A stretch of 64,000 nt of DNA from Candidatus Poribacteria bacterium (GTDB lineage Bacteria > Poribacteria > WGA-4E > WGA-3G). Positions 37,741 to 48,588 of the stretch are shown here, piece after piece; positions within the stretch are counted from its first letter, which is position 1; every line of letters begins with the position of its first letter. The position numbers and the translations under genes were made by a program. The DNA is taken from NCBI GenBank assembly GCA_964291315.2, contig OZ219753.1, positions 3,104,001 to 3,168,000 on the forward strand, read 5' to 3'. The notes below the pieces were generated by a model. It was not told the DNA's origin and did no database searches. It saw only the letters and a program-made list of their open reading frames with translations.

Positions 37741-39378
37741 ATGGCTAGGAATAGCATAACAGGGCGTTTTCGAGATATTGAGATAGCGTTTAGTGTCGAC
37801 GCGGATTGTATTCGTATGAACCTGCAGAATTTGGTTGTTGATCGGAAACAGGTGCGTTTGATGTATCAGAAACAACCCTCGAGTGGCCTCGCCAATTGGA
37901 AGCAATTTGAGTTAATAGACGAGCCAGTCACATTTCGTCTGCCTGTAGAGGTACTTGAAGCATACCGATTAACCTTTTTCGTTGATGATGCCGAGCCTAT
38001 TTCTGCCCGTATTGAAAACATATTGACAGAACTGGAGATGCTCAGTAGCGAATCGCCACCAGAGGATTTACCAGAGAAAACTGAAGCTGTAACAGAAATT
38101 GAAGCTGTAACGAATACGGAATCCGTAGATACTCCGCACAAGGTAGAAGCACAAATTTCTAAAGAACCCGAAGGTGCGGCAGCCAAGTCAATAGAAACAG
38201 ACCTCGATTTGACAGAAATACAGCGTTCGACAAACCCACCGAGTACTGTGAACGCGCATGTTTCTGAAGAGCCAGAAGCCGTTGCAGTCAGTTCAAAAGA
38301 AACAATACCGCATTTATCGGAAATACAGCACCCGAAACAAGAGCCTCGCCAATACCCAGAAGATCAGCAAGAGGTTGACGCACAACGTGTCCCTTCAGGT
38401 ACTGTAGCGCGGTCGTCGATGCAGACGATCGGGTCTAGGCTGCCCAGTTTGGGTTCTCATTTGGAATTTAGGGTTTCGGTTTCCACGCTGCCACCAAGCG
38501 CGCTTTCAAAACAGAAGGAAGCGCGGGTAAAAGAGACGATCGGAAACACCACGCCTGATGTTCGCAGAAAATCTAAACAGAAGGAAAGCGGTTTCTTCGG
38601 GCAAATCGTGCGGACTTTGAAAGGTGAAAAACATGGAAAGGCTTACTACCAAAGTAGAGGCGAAAGCATTCAAGACGAGTTCCAAGACCAACTCTCTAAA
38701 TTGGAGAAAGATTACAACGAGGGGTATGGGCTTAACCTTCTCTCCTGGAAACCAGAGACGCTCTCTGAAGAGGAAACCGCCATTTTTCTCCTTAATCTCA
38801 TGGTCAATGAAATAATAGCCTGGCAGAAAGAAGTAGGGCGTTCTACACCTGAAACCGAAGGGATCGTCGAAACGCTCGTCGAAGTAGATGCTCTGCTCCG
38901 TCAGACGCTCAAGCAGACGCGCGGCATCAGTGCCCCGGCACCGACGTTGTTTCCCAACCTCCTTGCCGAAAATGAACGAGATCTTGAGAAAATTCGGAGT
39001 GAGTGTGATGCCTATCTCTGCCGTTTCACTAGCAAATTGATTAGACAAGAGAAGGATCACGCCGCCAAGATTGAGATTCTCTCGTTTAGAAAATTTCTTA
39101 CGGAATTCGTCAGGGATTTCCTGTTTGCCGAGATCGCGAGAAGCACCCCCGGAAACGCCTTATCTGATCGACTGAATTGGTTTCTCGAACTCGTGGACTC
39201 TAAAGTGATGCCGATTGAAATCGGGAAAACCAAAGTATCGCCGAGTCATCACAAAGTCAAAGATGCTCGTCCAAGTGAATGTGAGCCCGGGACAATCGTC
39301 GAAGTCATCACCCCCGGCTTGCAATCGAAAGATGGCAAACGCGTCAGCCAGATGGCTGTGGTCATTGAAGCGGAGTAA
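37741..39378 (+). CDS. Hypothetical protein with low-complexity linker and C-terminal GrpE-like domain
   Basis: Helical region followed by IGKTKVSPSHH...PGTIVEVITPG...GKRV..AVV. Confidence 0.55.
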   Translation: MARNSITGRFRDIEIAFSVDADCIRMNLQNLVVDRKQVRLMYQKQPSSGLANWKQFELIDEPVTFRLPVEVLEAYRLTFFVDDAEPISARIENILTELEMLSSESPPEDLPEKTEAVTEIEAVTNTESVDTPHKVEAQISKEPEGAAAKSIETDLDLTEIQRSTNPPSTVNAHVSEEPEAVAVSSKETIPHLSEIQHPKQEPRQYPEDQQEVDAQRVPSGTVARSSMQTIGSRLPSLGSHLEFRVSVSTLPPSALSKQKEARVKETIGNTTPDVRRKSKQKESGFFGQIVRTLKGEKHGKAYYQSRGESIQDEFQDQLSKLEKDYNEGYGLNLLSWKPETLSEEETAIFLLNLMVNEIIAWQKEVGRSTPETEGIVETLVEVDALLRQTLKQTRGISAPAPTLFPNLLAENERDLEKIRSECDAYLCRFTSKLIRQEKDHAAKIEILSFRKFLTEFVRDFLFAEIARSTPGNALSDRLNWFLELVDSKVMPIEIGKTKVSPSHHKVKDARPSECEPGTIVEVITPGLQSKDGKRVSQMAVVIEAE

Positions 39379-40395
39379 ATGATGCAAACTGCGGAGCAGT
39401 TGATTCAGCGAGTAAGACGGATATCCCAAGTTAAACTTGGTCATTTTCCAACGCCCCTTGAGGAATGTCCAAGGCTCTCCGATGCACTCGGCGGTCCACG
39501 TATTTTCATGAAACGCGAAGATTGCTCAGGGTTAGCCTTTGGCGGTAACAAAGTTCGGCAGCTCACGTTCACACTCGGAGATGCTGTTGCACAAGGGGCT
39601 GATACAATTGTGCACGGTGCAGCCTCCCAATCAAATCATTGCAGGCAAGCCGCCGCTGCTTGTGCAAAACTTGGACTTAAATGTTATCTACGCCTCGCCC
39701 GAGACCACAAGAGTATCCTACAAGGCAACCTATTGCTAAATCAATTAGCAGGTGTTGATGTTGAAATTGTGGATGTACCCTTCGGCCCTGAGCTAGACGT
39801 AGTAAAGTATGAGCTGGCGGCAAAACTAAAAACAGAAGGAATGAAACCTTACGTCGTCGCCTCTCCCCGATCAACCGCGCTGGCCGCTGTCGCTTTTGCA
39901 TGGTGCATCGCTGAAATTGTCCAACAGCAACAACTCTTGCGGATTGATGCTGATTGGATTTATACCTCTTCCGTAGGTGGCACGCAAGCAGGACTTATCC
40001 TTGGAACTAAGGCACTCGCCCTGAAAATGAAGCCTTTCGGTATCGCCCCAATCCGTTGGGAAAATAAACACGAACGCTTACGCACCGCTGCAAACGATGC
40101 AGCAGATATCCTTGGACTCGATATACGGGTTGCAGACGCAGACATTCAAAACACTGACGACTACATTGGACAGGCCTATGGGTACCTCACCCCAGAATGT
40201 ATTGAGGCACTCAAACTGGTTGTTAAAACAGAAGGAATTTTTCTCGACCCCGTCTATACCGCTAAAGCGATGGCATGTCTCATTGACCATATCCGACAAG
40301 GCAAACTGGGACGAAACGACACCGTTATCTTCTTACACACCGGCGGCACCCCAGCTCTCTTTGCCTACCAAGAGGAATTAGTTGCTAACTTGTAA
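39379..40395 (+). CDS. D-cysteine desulfhydrase/ACC deaminase family PLP enzyme
   Basis: PTPL, KRED..GLAFGGNKVR, QSNH, LDPVYTAKA and FLHTGG motifs. Confidence 0.92.
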   Translation: MMQTAEQLIQRVRRISQVKLGHFPTPLEECPRLSDALGGPRIFMKREDCSGLAFGGNKVRQLTFTLGDAVAQGADTIVHGAASQSNHCRQAAAACAKLGLKCYLRLARDHKSILQGNLLLNQLAGVDVEIVDVPFGPELDVVKYELAAKLKTEGMKPYVVASPRSTALAAVAFAWCIAEIVQQQQLLRIDADWIYTSSVGGTQAGLILGTKALALKMKPFGIAPIRWENKHERLRTAANDAADILGLDIRVADADIQNTDDYIGQAYGYLTPECIEALKLVVKTEGIFLDPVYTAKAMACLIDHIRQGKLGRNDTVIFLHTGGTPALFAYQEELVANL

Positions 40396-40565
40396 CGTCA
40401 ATCACCCGGGCAAACCCTCGACTGCCTCAGGGTACGCCTAGCATCAGATACATTGCGAATGAAAAGACACGCGAACATCCCATCGATCCAAATAGGTGTC
40501 CCTGAAACACCCACTTCCATGTGCGTAAGTGTGCGTAAAGATGAGTCTCTTTGCGTGCCTATACC

Positions 40566-40598
40566 AGATTACCCCCCCCCGCTTTATGTAAGTTAAGT
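40566..40598. repeat. Poly-C-containing dispersed motif, copy 1
   Basis: AGATTA-C9-GCTTTATGTAAGTTAAGT; similar to 55094-55125. Confidence 0.6.
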
Positions 40599-40654
40599 TC
40601 TTTATACAATCAGGTAGGTTCGGAAACATTACAGCTCCGGCTTGCTGCCTTCGC

Positions 40655-40704
40655 GCCCGTGCCCACTCCGTTTTGGACGGAGCCCCTCAGCACGGGCTTT
40701 CTTT
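40655..40704 (+). terminator. Nested hairpin with U-rich tail in the leader of the DUF1156 gene
   Basis: GCCCGTGC..CTCCGT-tttgg-ACGGAG..GCACGGGC followed by TTTCTTT. Confidence 0.5.
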
Positions 40705-40774
40705 GTTGCAGTGGCATTTCGCTATTGCAAGTTTCCCCGTTATACACAACGCACACAACCCGTGGCAGGTTCAT

Positions 40775-43558
40775 ATGACGCACCGCAAAAAACTGATTGA
40801 AGTCAATATACCGCTCCAAGCTATCAATATAGAATCTGCAAAGGATGGAGCGCTGAAACATGGACACCCGTCAACGTTGCACCGCTACTGGGCGCGCCGC
40901 CCGCTTGCCGCATGCCGCGCTATCGTCTTCGCCAGCTTCGTCGACGATCCCGCTGAATGTGAAGACGAGTTCACAACCGAAGATGAACAAGATGCCGAAC
41001 GCGACCGGCTCTACGACATCATTAAACGGCTTATCATCTGGAAGAACAGCAACGACGCGAACTTGCTGGCAGAGGCACGCTATGAGATCGCCCTCTCCGT
41101 CGCCCGCAACAATGGACAAGATTTAACCGAGTTTCGCGCGCAATATAAGGGCGATCCAGAGGCGGTTTTACAGTATCTGCGCGAGCACGCCCCCGCTGTC
41201 TACGATCCCTTCTGTGGCGGCGGCTCGGTTCCGCTCGAGGCACAACGCTTAGGACTAAACGCCCGAGGCTCCGACCTGAACCCGCTCCCGGTGCTACTAA
41301 ACAAGGCGATGATTGAACTGCCGCCGAAGTTCCACAATCAGCAACCGGTCAACCCGGAGGCGGACCCGATGCACATGTTCACAGACCGTGGCAAAAGCAA
41401 GGCTCGCGCGCCTTGGAGAGGCACTGCGGGCTTGGCAGCGGATATCCGCTACTATGGTGCCTGGATGCGCGAGGCGGCATACAAACGGATTGGGCATCTC
41501 TATCCGAAGGCAGAGTTGCCGGACGGCACTTCAGCCACTGTGGTTGCGTGGCTCTGGGCGCGCACGGTGCTGTGTATTAATCCCGCTTGCGGTCTACAGA
41601 TACCGTTGATAAAGACGTTCCAGTTGTCGAAAAAGAAGGGACAGGAGCAATACATTAAGCCGGTGGTTGAGAGAGAGACGAATACCATATCGTGGCATGT
41701 GCAGACCAATCCTGACGGGTTGCCGGCGCCCACGGTGATGCGCACGGGTGCGTATTGTTGTGGTTGCGGCACCGCTGCGAAGCTGCCTTACCTTCGGGAG
41801 CAGGGAAAAGCCGGCAGGATGGGAGAGAGAATGACAGCGATAGTTGCTGAGGGAGAACGCAGAAAGTTATTCTTGGCACCCGCTGAAGCTCACGTCCAAA
41901 TCGCCCAATCGGCTGAACCGAGTTGGAGGCCGAGAGGCACGCTGCCGACGCAAGGAATAAGTATTAGCCCGCAGCTTTACGGGTTCATAAACTGGCATCA
42001 ACTTTTCACGGAACGACAGTTGACAGCGCTCAACACTTTCTCCGGCTTGTTAGCTGAAGTTCACAAGCGCATGAGGGAGGACGGGGCAGAAAACGAGTAT
42101 GCCGATGCCGTTTCTACCTATCTCTCCCTCGCCATCGACAAAACTGCTGAAAGTCATTGCAGCTTTGCATGGTGGCAAGATTCGGTGGTTAGAACTGTCT
42201 TTACATCACATAGAATTCAGATGACTTGGTCATTTGCTGAAGCGAACCCTTTTTCTACGTCAACACAAAATTGGATGGCACAAATAGAGTGGGTTTCAAA
42301 GGCGGTAGAGAATCTACCTGCACCTGTGAACCCCGGCGAGGCACATCAGGCGGATGTGTGCACCACACCGCACGCCCAGAACAGGCCTGTTGTCATCACC
42401 GATCCCCCCTACTACGATAACATCGGCTTCGCAGACCTCTCCGACTTCTTCTACGTCTGGCTCAGACCCCTCCTGCGCAACACCTATCCCGAGCTGTTCG
42501 CCGGGATGACAACACCAAAGGCAGAGGAAATAACCGCTATTCCACGGTTTGAAAACCCCAAGCAGCATTTTGAAGACTTACTCAGCAGGTCGTTTCGGCA
42601 GGTGCGTCGCTATTGTTCAGACAAATACCCAACGTCTATCTTCTACGCCTATAAGCAGCGAGAGAAAGAACAAGACGGGAAGACCTCTACCGGATGGGAG
42701 ACGATGCTGGAGGCAACTATCAACGCCGGCTTTCAGATCGTTGCCACCTGGCCCCTGCGAACAGAGGTAGAAAAAGGGCAGAAAACAGGTAAAAATACGC
42801 TCACCTCCTCTATTCTATTGGTGTGTAGACCGCGCCCCGAGGATGCATCCCGCAGCGACCGAAACGCCTTCATACGCGCCCTGGAACACGAGATGCCTGC
42901 AGCGCTCGACCGACTCACCCGCATTGCAAACATCAGACCCGTCGACTTGGCACAAGCCGCTATCGGCCCCGGCATGGAGATCTACTCCCGCTATCGCAGC
43001 GTCACGCGCATGAGCGGCGAAGTCGTCTCCATACGAGAGGCACTGCTACACATCAACAACGCCATTACCGCTTATCACGAGAAGGTGATGGGACAATTGG
43101 ACACAGAGACGCAGTTCTGCCTGACGTGGCTGCGGCAGCACGGATACTCGGCAGGCAGTTTCGGGGATGCCGAGGCACTTTCAAAGGCGAAGGGCGTTCA
43201 TATCGAGGCGATGCACGACACGCTGCTGCTGTCGTCTCCGGGCAGCGTGCGTCTGTTGAGATCGGAGGAATATGCGGATCGCGAGGAGCGCCGAGAGATG
43301 TCGTCGTGGGAGGGGTGTCTTCGGATGGCGTGGCATCTGTCTCACAGTGAGTTCAGCGGTGGTATTCAGGGGTGCGCGCGGGTTGCGCGCTTGATGCGTG
43401 ATTATGATGGTGCGAGACGTTTGGCTCTGATTTTATACAGCCACTATGAGGCGTTGGGTGATACGGAGACTGCGTCGCAGTATAACTACTTGGTGACGGA
43501 ATGGACGTATATCTATCGGGCGATGGGTTCTCCCGTGCAGATAGAGGCGGACGTTTAA
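40775..43558 (+). CDS. DUF1156 adenine-specific DNA methyltransferase with Zn ribbon (orphan)
   Basis: KKLIEV..PL, LHRYWARRPL, DPFCGGGS.P.EA.RLG, CINPAC/CCGC and TDPPYYDN motifs. Confidence 0.92.
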   Translation: MTHRKKLIEVNIPLQAINIESAKDGALKHGHPSTLHRYWARRPLAACRAIVFASFVDDPAECEDEFTTEDEQDAERDRLYDIIKRLIIWKNSNDANLLAEARYEIALSVARNNGQDLTEFRAQYKGDPEAVLQYLREHAPAVYDPFCGGGSVPLEAQRLGLNARGSDLNPLPVLLNKAMIELPPKFHNQQPVNPEADPMHMFTDRGKSKARAPWRGTAGLAADIRYYGAWMREAAYKRIGHLYPKAELPDGTSATVVAWLWARTVLCINPACGLQIPLIKTFQLSKKKGQEQYIKPVVERETNTISWHVQTNPDGLPAPTVMRTGAYCCGCGTAAKLPYLREQGKAGRMGERMTAIVAEGERRKLFLAPAEAHVQIAQSAEPSWRPRGTLPTQGISISPQLYGFINWHQLFTERQLTALNTFSGLLAEVHKRMREDGAENEYADAVSTYLSLAIDKTAESHCSFAWWQDSVVRTVFTSHRIQMTWSFAEANPFSTSTQNWMAQIEWVSKAVENLPAPVNPGEAHQADVCTTPHAQNRPVVITDPPYYDNIGFADLSDFFYVWLRPLLRNTYPELFAGMTTPKAEEITAIPRFENPKQHFEDLLSRSFRQVRRYCSDKYPTSIFYAYKQREKEQDGKTSTGWETMLEATINAGFQIVATWPLRTEVEKGQKTGKNTLTSSILLVCRPRPEDASRSDRNAFIRALEHEMPAALDRLTRIANIRPVDLAQAAIGPGMEIYSRYRSVTRMSGEVVSIREALLHINNAITAYHEKVMGQLDTETQFCLTWLRQHGYSAGSFGDAEALSKAKGVHIEAMHDTLLLSSPGSVRLLRSEEYADREERREMSSWEGCLRMAWHLSHSEFSGGIQGCARVARLMRDYDGARRLALILYSHYEALGDTETASQYNYLVTEWTYIYRAMGSPVQIEADV

Positions 43559-43575
43559 TGTTGGAGACTGTCCGA

Positions 43576-43636
43576 CACAGGATACCAATAGCCTATGCTA
43601 CAACTCTATCGCACAGACTAACAGTCTATGCTACAA
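43576..43636 (-). repeat. Pair of GTAG-type REP-like elements
   Basis: 43612-43636 is the exact reverse complement of 55381-55405; a degenerate copy lies at 43576-43603. Confidence 0.75.
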
Positions 43637-43735
43637 CCATACCGAATAGTGGGACAAAAGAGCGTCGCTAACGCTGTTTTCAAATACACGTTAGTAGCTA
43701 TAGAAACGAAAACACAGTGAAGGAATCAAAGAAGT

Positions 43736-43751
43736 GCGGTCAAGAGACCGC
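43736..43751. terminator. Hairpin between convergent genes
   Basis: GCGGTC-aaga-GACCGC with short T-rich flanks. Confidence 0.45.
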
Positions 43752-43775
43752 GTTTCATAGTATCAATAAGCTGTA

Positions 43776-44450
43776 TTAGAATCCAGATTTAATCTTGCCC
43801 CATTGGGTAGCCAATTTGTCCTTGGCATCAACGGGAAAAGGGGTATCCCGGTTCAGATCGTCTTCGGGTTCACCTTCAAAATAGCGGAAATTATCGATCC
43901 AGAAATCGACATCTGATTGTGCAATAGACAAACTTACCCACATGTCTCTTGAGACATCTGCTGTTGCGGTGAAGGTATAAGTATATTCTTCCCACTCGGG
44001 CCCCGCCAAATTTATTAAAGGACTGGGCTGATTGTTTAGATAATTCACCCAAGGATCGTGTTGCATCTGGAAATTTACCAGTACCTCACGCGGTTTCTCG
44101 GAACGCGCGTAGAAGACGACAGAGTACTTTTCGCCCTTCTGCATCGAGACGCTTTTTTGCTTAACTTTTGCGTGCCAAGCTGTCCCGGTGGCCTCATGTC
44201 CGATGATCTTGAGCGATTTCTTTCCGTGTTGCGGGTTCTTCTTGTCAATCTCCATTGTATAGAGCCCGCCCCGATCACAGCATGCGCCGTCCTCTAATTC
44301 CCAACCAGCCAGATCCTCTTCAAAACTGTAATTTTCAATGAGAAGCTCACCGGTTTTCCATTTACCTAATTCCTGTGGTGTTTCTGCAAATGCGTTAAAA
44401 CGTATGAGCAGCGCGAACAGAAACACACTTATAGCGATAGATTTCGTCAC
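43776..44450 (-). CDS. Secreted CBM4/9-like carbohydrate-binding protein with conserved C-terminal tail
   Basis: GTG start with AAGGAG RBS; NYSFEE..GW, Y.V.FYARS, WEEYTYTF, FWIDN; ends DKLATQWGKIKSGF. Confidence 0.8.
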   Translation of the reverse strand: MTKSIAISVFLFALLIRFNAFAETPQELGKWKTGELLIENYSFEEDLAGWELEDGACCDRGGLYTMEIDKKNPQHGKKSLKIIGHEATGTAWHAKVKQKSVSMQKGEKYSVVFYARSEKPREVLVNFQMQHDPWVNYLNNQPSPLINLAGPEWEEYTYTFTATADVSRDMWVSLSIAQSDVDFWIDNFRYFEGEPEDDLNRDTPFPVDAKDKLATQWGKIKSGF

Positions 44451-44490
44451 CTTAAATTTCTCCTTTGTGTGCGAAAGCACATTTATGAAA

Positions 44491-44859
44491 TTAGACATCG
44501 CCCCGCATAAGAGATTCGACTTCAGGGAGTACGTCTGCAACCGTCGCCTGGTCAACCTGTTTGGCGATGTTGCTGTAACCCGCCGCGTGGATCATTTCCG
44601 CAAGGTTTTGTCCCAATTGTTCGATTGTCCATGCAACTGAGTCCGGCACGCTTGTCTTATCGAGATGCCGCTGATCGTTCTTTCCCGAAGGATCGTAATG
44701 ATAATGTGGGTCTTTGCGGAAACAGTCGAAACGGAGCAGTTGCACGTTTTCACCGTTTGCCTCACCGTAAACACGCACGGAAGGCCCACCATCTGATCCG
44801 AAATTGCGCTGATCTACATGGAGTTCAACGCCCCCTACATCAAACACTCTTTCAGCCAT
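44491..44859 (-). CDS. Conserved hypothetical protein
   Basis: LLRFDCF.KDPHYHY motif; has its own consensus promoter. Confidence 0.75.
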   Translation of the reverse strand: MAERVFDVGGVELHVDQRNFGSDGGPSVRVYGEANGENVQLLRFDCFRKDPHYHYDPSGKNDQRHLDKTSVPDSVAWTIEQLGQNLAEMIHAAGYSNIAKQVDQATVADVLPEVESLMRGDV

Positions 44860-44891
44860 GAGTCTTCTTCCTATTTTTGCAGATTTCCACA

Positions 44892-44920
44892 ATTATACAG
44901 CATAACGGCAAACATGTCAA
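44892..44920 (-). promoter_or_regulatory. Sigma70-type promoter
   Basis: TTGACA-N17-TATAAT on the minus strand. Confidence 0.75.
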
Positions 44921-45089
44921 CTAAAACCTCAGCGATGTCTTGGAAATTTATCTCTCGTTACCTAAACGTCCTTTTTAAAGCGCTGTACGTATAAAAAATT
45001 GGCAAAGAGAATAAAAATATGATATACTATTATTAAATTTAAGTTTGTCTCAATTAATAAATGTAGTAAATGAATAATAAATGTAATAC

Positions 45090-46085
45090 ATGAAACGACG
45101 CATGCTCGACCGCTTTGGGCGGATTCATACAAACCTGAGAATTTCGGTGACCGATGTCTGCAATTTCCGATGTATCTATTGTATGCCGGAAGACATGAAC
45201 TTCATGCCAGACGCTGCCCTCATGACGTTCGACGAGATTCTAGATCTCACAAGGATTTTTGTTGGATTAGGCGTTAACAAAATCCGCGTTACTGGCGGTG
45301 AGCCGCTTGTTCGTCCTGATGTGCCTTTGCTCATAAAACATTTGACACAGTTCGAAGGGCTAAAAGACATCAGTCTAACGACAAACGGCATTGGACTTAT
45401 TAAGCAGGCGAAACCGCTTTATGACGCTGGGCTTCGCCGTATTAACGTCAGTCTAGATACACTCAATGAAGAGAAGTTCGAGCAGATGACCCGTCGGAAA
45501 GTACTTTCACGCGTGCTTGAAGGGCTCAAAACAGCACACCGATGCGGTTTCAATCCGATTAAGGTTAACGCTGTCGCAATGCGTGGCTTTACCGATGACG
45601 AAATCATCGATCTAGCAGCTTTTGCACGTCAAAATAATTATCAACTCCGATTCATCGAATTTATGCCCTTAGATGCCGATGATATTTGGGGACGTAACAT
45701 GTACATCTCGGGCAAAGATATCATTGAAAAAATTAACGCAGTCTATCCGCTCACACCCGTAACGCTGAACGGAGAGGCGAAGAGTGACACCGCCAAACGT
45801 TACCGCTTTACGGATACTAGTAATGAGGTCGGAATAATTCCTTCTGTGAGCCAACCGTTCTGTGAAAATTGCAACCGGGTTCGTCTGACTGCTGATGGGA
45901 AATTCCGGACGTGTCTTTTTTCATTAACAGAAACGGATCTGCTTACGCCTTTGCGCCAAGGGGCATCGGACGAAACACTCGCAGAGCTAATTCTGGCGGC
46001 AGTTTTACAAAAGGAGGCGGGGCATAAAATTAACGCAGCAGACTTCATTAAACCCGAGCGAAATATGTCGAGAATAGGCGGCTAA
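45090..46085 (+). CDS. moaA: GTP 3',8-cyclase (molybdenum cofactor biosynthesis)
   Basis: LRISVTDVCNFRCIYC, TGGEP, RFIEFMP, FCENCNRVR..DG..TCL and C-terminal IGG. Confidence 0.96.
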   Translation: MKRRMLDRFGRIHTNLRISVTDVCNFRCIYCMPEDMNFMPDAALMTFDEILDLTRIFVGLGVNKIRVTGGEPLVRPDVPLLIKHLTQFEGLKDISLTTNGIGLIKQAKPLYDAGLRRINVSLDTLNEEKFEQMTRRKVLSRVLEGLKTAHRCGFNPIKVNAVAMRGFTDDEIIDLAAFARQNNYQLRFIEFMPLDADDIWGRNMYISGKDIIEKINAVYPLTPVTLNGEAKSDTAKRYRFTDTSNEVGIIPSVSQPFCENCNRVRLTADGKFRTCLFSLTETDLLTPLRQGASDETLAELILAAVLQKEAGHKINAADFIKPERNMSRIGG

Positions 46086-46209
46086 AGCAGCATGTGTTGT
46101 GAGATACACAAATGTTAAAAAATCACGTTGTAGTTGCAGTATAAACACACATACTAAAGAAATCTAATTGTAACCACATATTTCAACTTTAAGGAGTTCA
46201 AGCAAAGGA

Positions 46210-47001
46210 ATGAGCAAAAACTTAGTCATTAAAGACTTGCACATCAGTGTGCAGGGCCAACCCATTATTAAAGGGCTAAATTTGACCGTCCAACAGGGCG
46301 AAATTCATGCCCTCATGGGTCCAAATGGGTCTGGTAAAAGTACCCTCGCCAACGGCTTAATGGGACATCCGCTTTATGATACTGATTCAGGCGAAGTGAC
46401 TTTCAACGGTGTTGATGTCCTAGAACTTGAACCAAACGAACGCGCGAAACTCGGACTTTTCCTCGCTTTTCAATATCCAACGGTTATTCCAGGGGTCAGC
46501 TTAGCGAATTTTCTGCGACTCGCTGTGAGCGCAGTTCGTGGAAAAGAGGGAAACGGATCCAATAATGATAAACTTATTCCAATGCGCGAGTTCCGTCGCG
46601 AACTTCGCAGTAAAATGAAACAACTAGGCGTTGATGATTCTTTCGCCAGACGATACCTCAACGACGGTTTCTCCGGCGGCGAAAAAAAGCGCGCAGAGAT
46701 CCTGCAACTCGCAATGCTTGAACCTAAAATTGCTGTTCTTGATGAAACCGATTCCGGACTCGACATTGACGCGGTTCGAATTGTCGGTGAAAGCGTGAAT
46801 AGACTTGTCGGCCCCGACCTTGGAGTCCTCATTATTACGCACTACCCCCGTTTACTAGACTACATCCGGCCAGATTTTGTACATATACTGCTAGACGGTA
46901 GAATTGTTGAATCCGGCGGTTGGGAACTGACACAGATCTTAGAAGCAAAGGGCTATGATCCCCTTCGAGAAAAATACGGGATTGCAGAGGAAACTGAATA
47001 A
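46210..47001 (+). CDS. sufC: Fe-S cluster assembly ATPase
   Basis: GPNGSGKS, LAFQYP, GFSGGEKKR and LDETDSGLDIDA motifs. Confidence 0.97.
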   Translation: MSKNLVIKDLHISVQGQPIIKGLNLTVQQGEIHALMGPNGSGKSTLANGLMGHPLYDTDSGEVTFNGVDVLELEPNERAKLGLFLAFQYPTVIPGVSLANFLRLAVSAVRGKEGNGSNNDKLIPMREFRRELRSKMKQLGVDDSFARRYLNDGFSGGEKKRAEILQLAMLEPKIAVLDETDSGLDIDAVRIVGESVNRLVGPDLGVLIITHYPRLLDYIRPDFVHILLDGRIVESGGWELTQILEAKGYDPLREKYGIAEETE

Positions 47002-47055
47002 ATCCAAACGGCGGTCGGAGTACACGCCTCCAACCAATAATAAGGAGAAAGTAAA

Positions 47056-48474
47056 ATGGCAACTTCTGAAAAGAACACGATGGAAGAACTCGGAATTAGC
47101 AAAGAGTACCAATACGGGTTCCATGACAATATTAAACCGACATTTAAGTCACGCAAAGGGTTGGACGAGGAAGTTATCAACGAAATGTGTGACATCAAAG
47201 GCGAACCAGATTGGATGCGCGAGTATCGACTCAACGCTTATCGGATTTTCAAACAAAAACCGATGACCAAATGGGGTGGTGATCTGTCGCAACTCGATTT
47301 CGATGACATCTACTATTACGTTAAAGCTTCTGACCGCAGTGAGCGCAGCTGGGACGACGTGCCAGAAGATATCAAGAAGACTTTCGATCGCCTCGGCATC
47401 CCCGAAGCAGAGCGAAAATTCCTTGCAGGTGTCGGCGCACAATACGACTCGGAAGTCGTCTACCACAATATTGTCGAAGAATTAGACAAAATCGGTGTTG
47501 TCTTCCTTGATACCGATACCGCTGTCAAAGAATACCCGGATTTAGTAAAGAAATACTTTGGCACTATTATCCCATCTGCTGATAACCAATTTGCAGCGCT
47601 CAATAGTGCCGCCTGGAGTGGAGGGAGTTTTGTTTACGTCCCCCCCGGCGTGAAAGTCGAATATCCATTGCAAGCCTATTTCCGAATCAATAGCGAGAAC
47701 ATGGGGCAATTCGAACGCACACTCATCATCGCTGACGAAGGATCACAGGTACATTATGTCGAGGGGTGTACTGCACCGACATACAGCAGTGAATCCCTGC
47801 ACAGCGCGGTCGTTGAGATTGTTTGCATGAAAGGTTCGCGAGTCCGTTATACGACTATTCAGAACTGGGCAAACAATGTATACAATCTCGTGACAAAGCG
47901 CGCGGTAGCTTACGAGGATGCCCAGATGGAATGGGTGGATGGGAATCTGGGTAGTAAATTAACAATGAAGTACCCGAGTGTTTATATGATGGAGCCCGGG
48001 GCGCGGGGCGATATTCTCTCCATCGCTTTTGCTAGTAATGGCCAGCATCAGGATGCAGGCGCGAAAGTCTACCACTGCGCACCACACACCACTTCGCAGA
48101 TAACCTCAAAGAGTATTAGTAAAGATGGTGGCCGGTCAAGCTATCGCGGATGGGTTGATGTCGCAAAAGGTGCGAAAGGCTGCAAATCGCATGTCGTTTG
48201 TGATGCCCTCATTCTCGACAAGGACTCGCGTTCGGATACCTATCCTGTCATTGAAATCGGTGAAAGTGATACTAACATTGAACACGAGGCGCGCGTCAGC
48301 AAAATTGGGGAGGAACAACTCTTCTACCTGATGAGCCGCGGGCTTTCGGAAGAGGAAGCCTCGACTATGATTGTTAATGGGTTTATCGAACCCCTCGTGA
48401 AGGAACTCCCGATGGAATACGCAGTTGAGATGAATCGCCTCATCCAACTTCAGATGGAAGGATCAGTCGGTTAA
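47056..48474 (+). CDS. sufB: Fe-S cluster assembly protein SufB
   Basis: [29 protein letters not shown] and LPMEYAVE motifs. Confidence 0.97.
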   Translation: MATSEKNTMEELGISKEYQYGFHDNIKPTFKSRKGLDEEVINEMCDIKGEPDWMREYRLNAYRIFKQKPMTKWGGDLSQLDFDDIYYYVKASDRSERSWDDVPEDIKKTFDRLGIPEAERKFLAGVGAQYDSEVVYHNIVEELDKIGVVFLDTDTAVKEYPDLVKKYFGTIIPSADNQFAALNSAAWSGGSFVYVPPGVKVEYPLQAYFRINSENMGQFERTLIIADEGSQVHYVEGCTAPTYSSESLHSAVVEIVCMKGSRVRYTTIQNWANNVYNLVTKRAVAYEDAQMEWVDGNLGSKLTMKYPSVYMMEPGARGDILSIAFASNGQHQDAGAKVYHCAPHTTSQITSKSISKDGGRSSYRGWVDVAKGAKGCKSHVVCDALILDKDSRSDTYPVIEIGESDTNIEHEARVSKIGEEQLFYLMSRGLSEEEASTMIVNGFIEPLVKELPMEYAVEMNRLIQLQMEGSVG

Positions 48475-48588
48475 ATAGTGGTCGGAAACCATTGGCAGTC
48501 AGCTGTCAGTAACACTTGGGATGGGTGAAAACGTTTGGAATGCCCCGATGAGCTTCTGACAGCTGATAGCTATTACAAGGATAAAAAA

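Noticed and set aside
37609-37905. 98-aa minus-strand ORF
   Set aside because: It overlaps the start and promoter region of the 545-aa gene and has no protein-like features.
45090-46085. Radical SAM enzyme as a RiPP maturase for the Cys-rich peptide
   Set aside because: It is a canonical MoaA (C-terminal GG, MoaA motifs) about 44 kb away.
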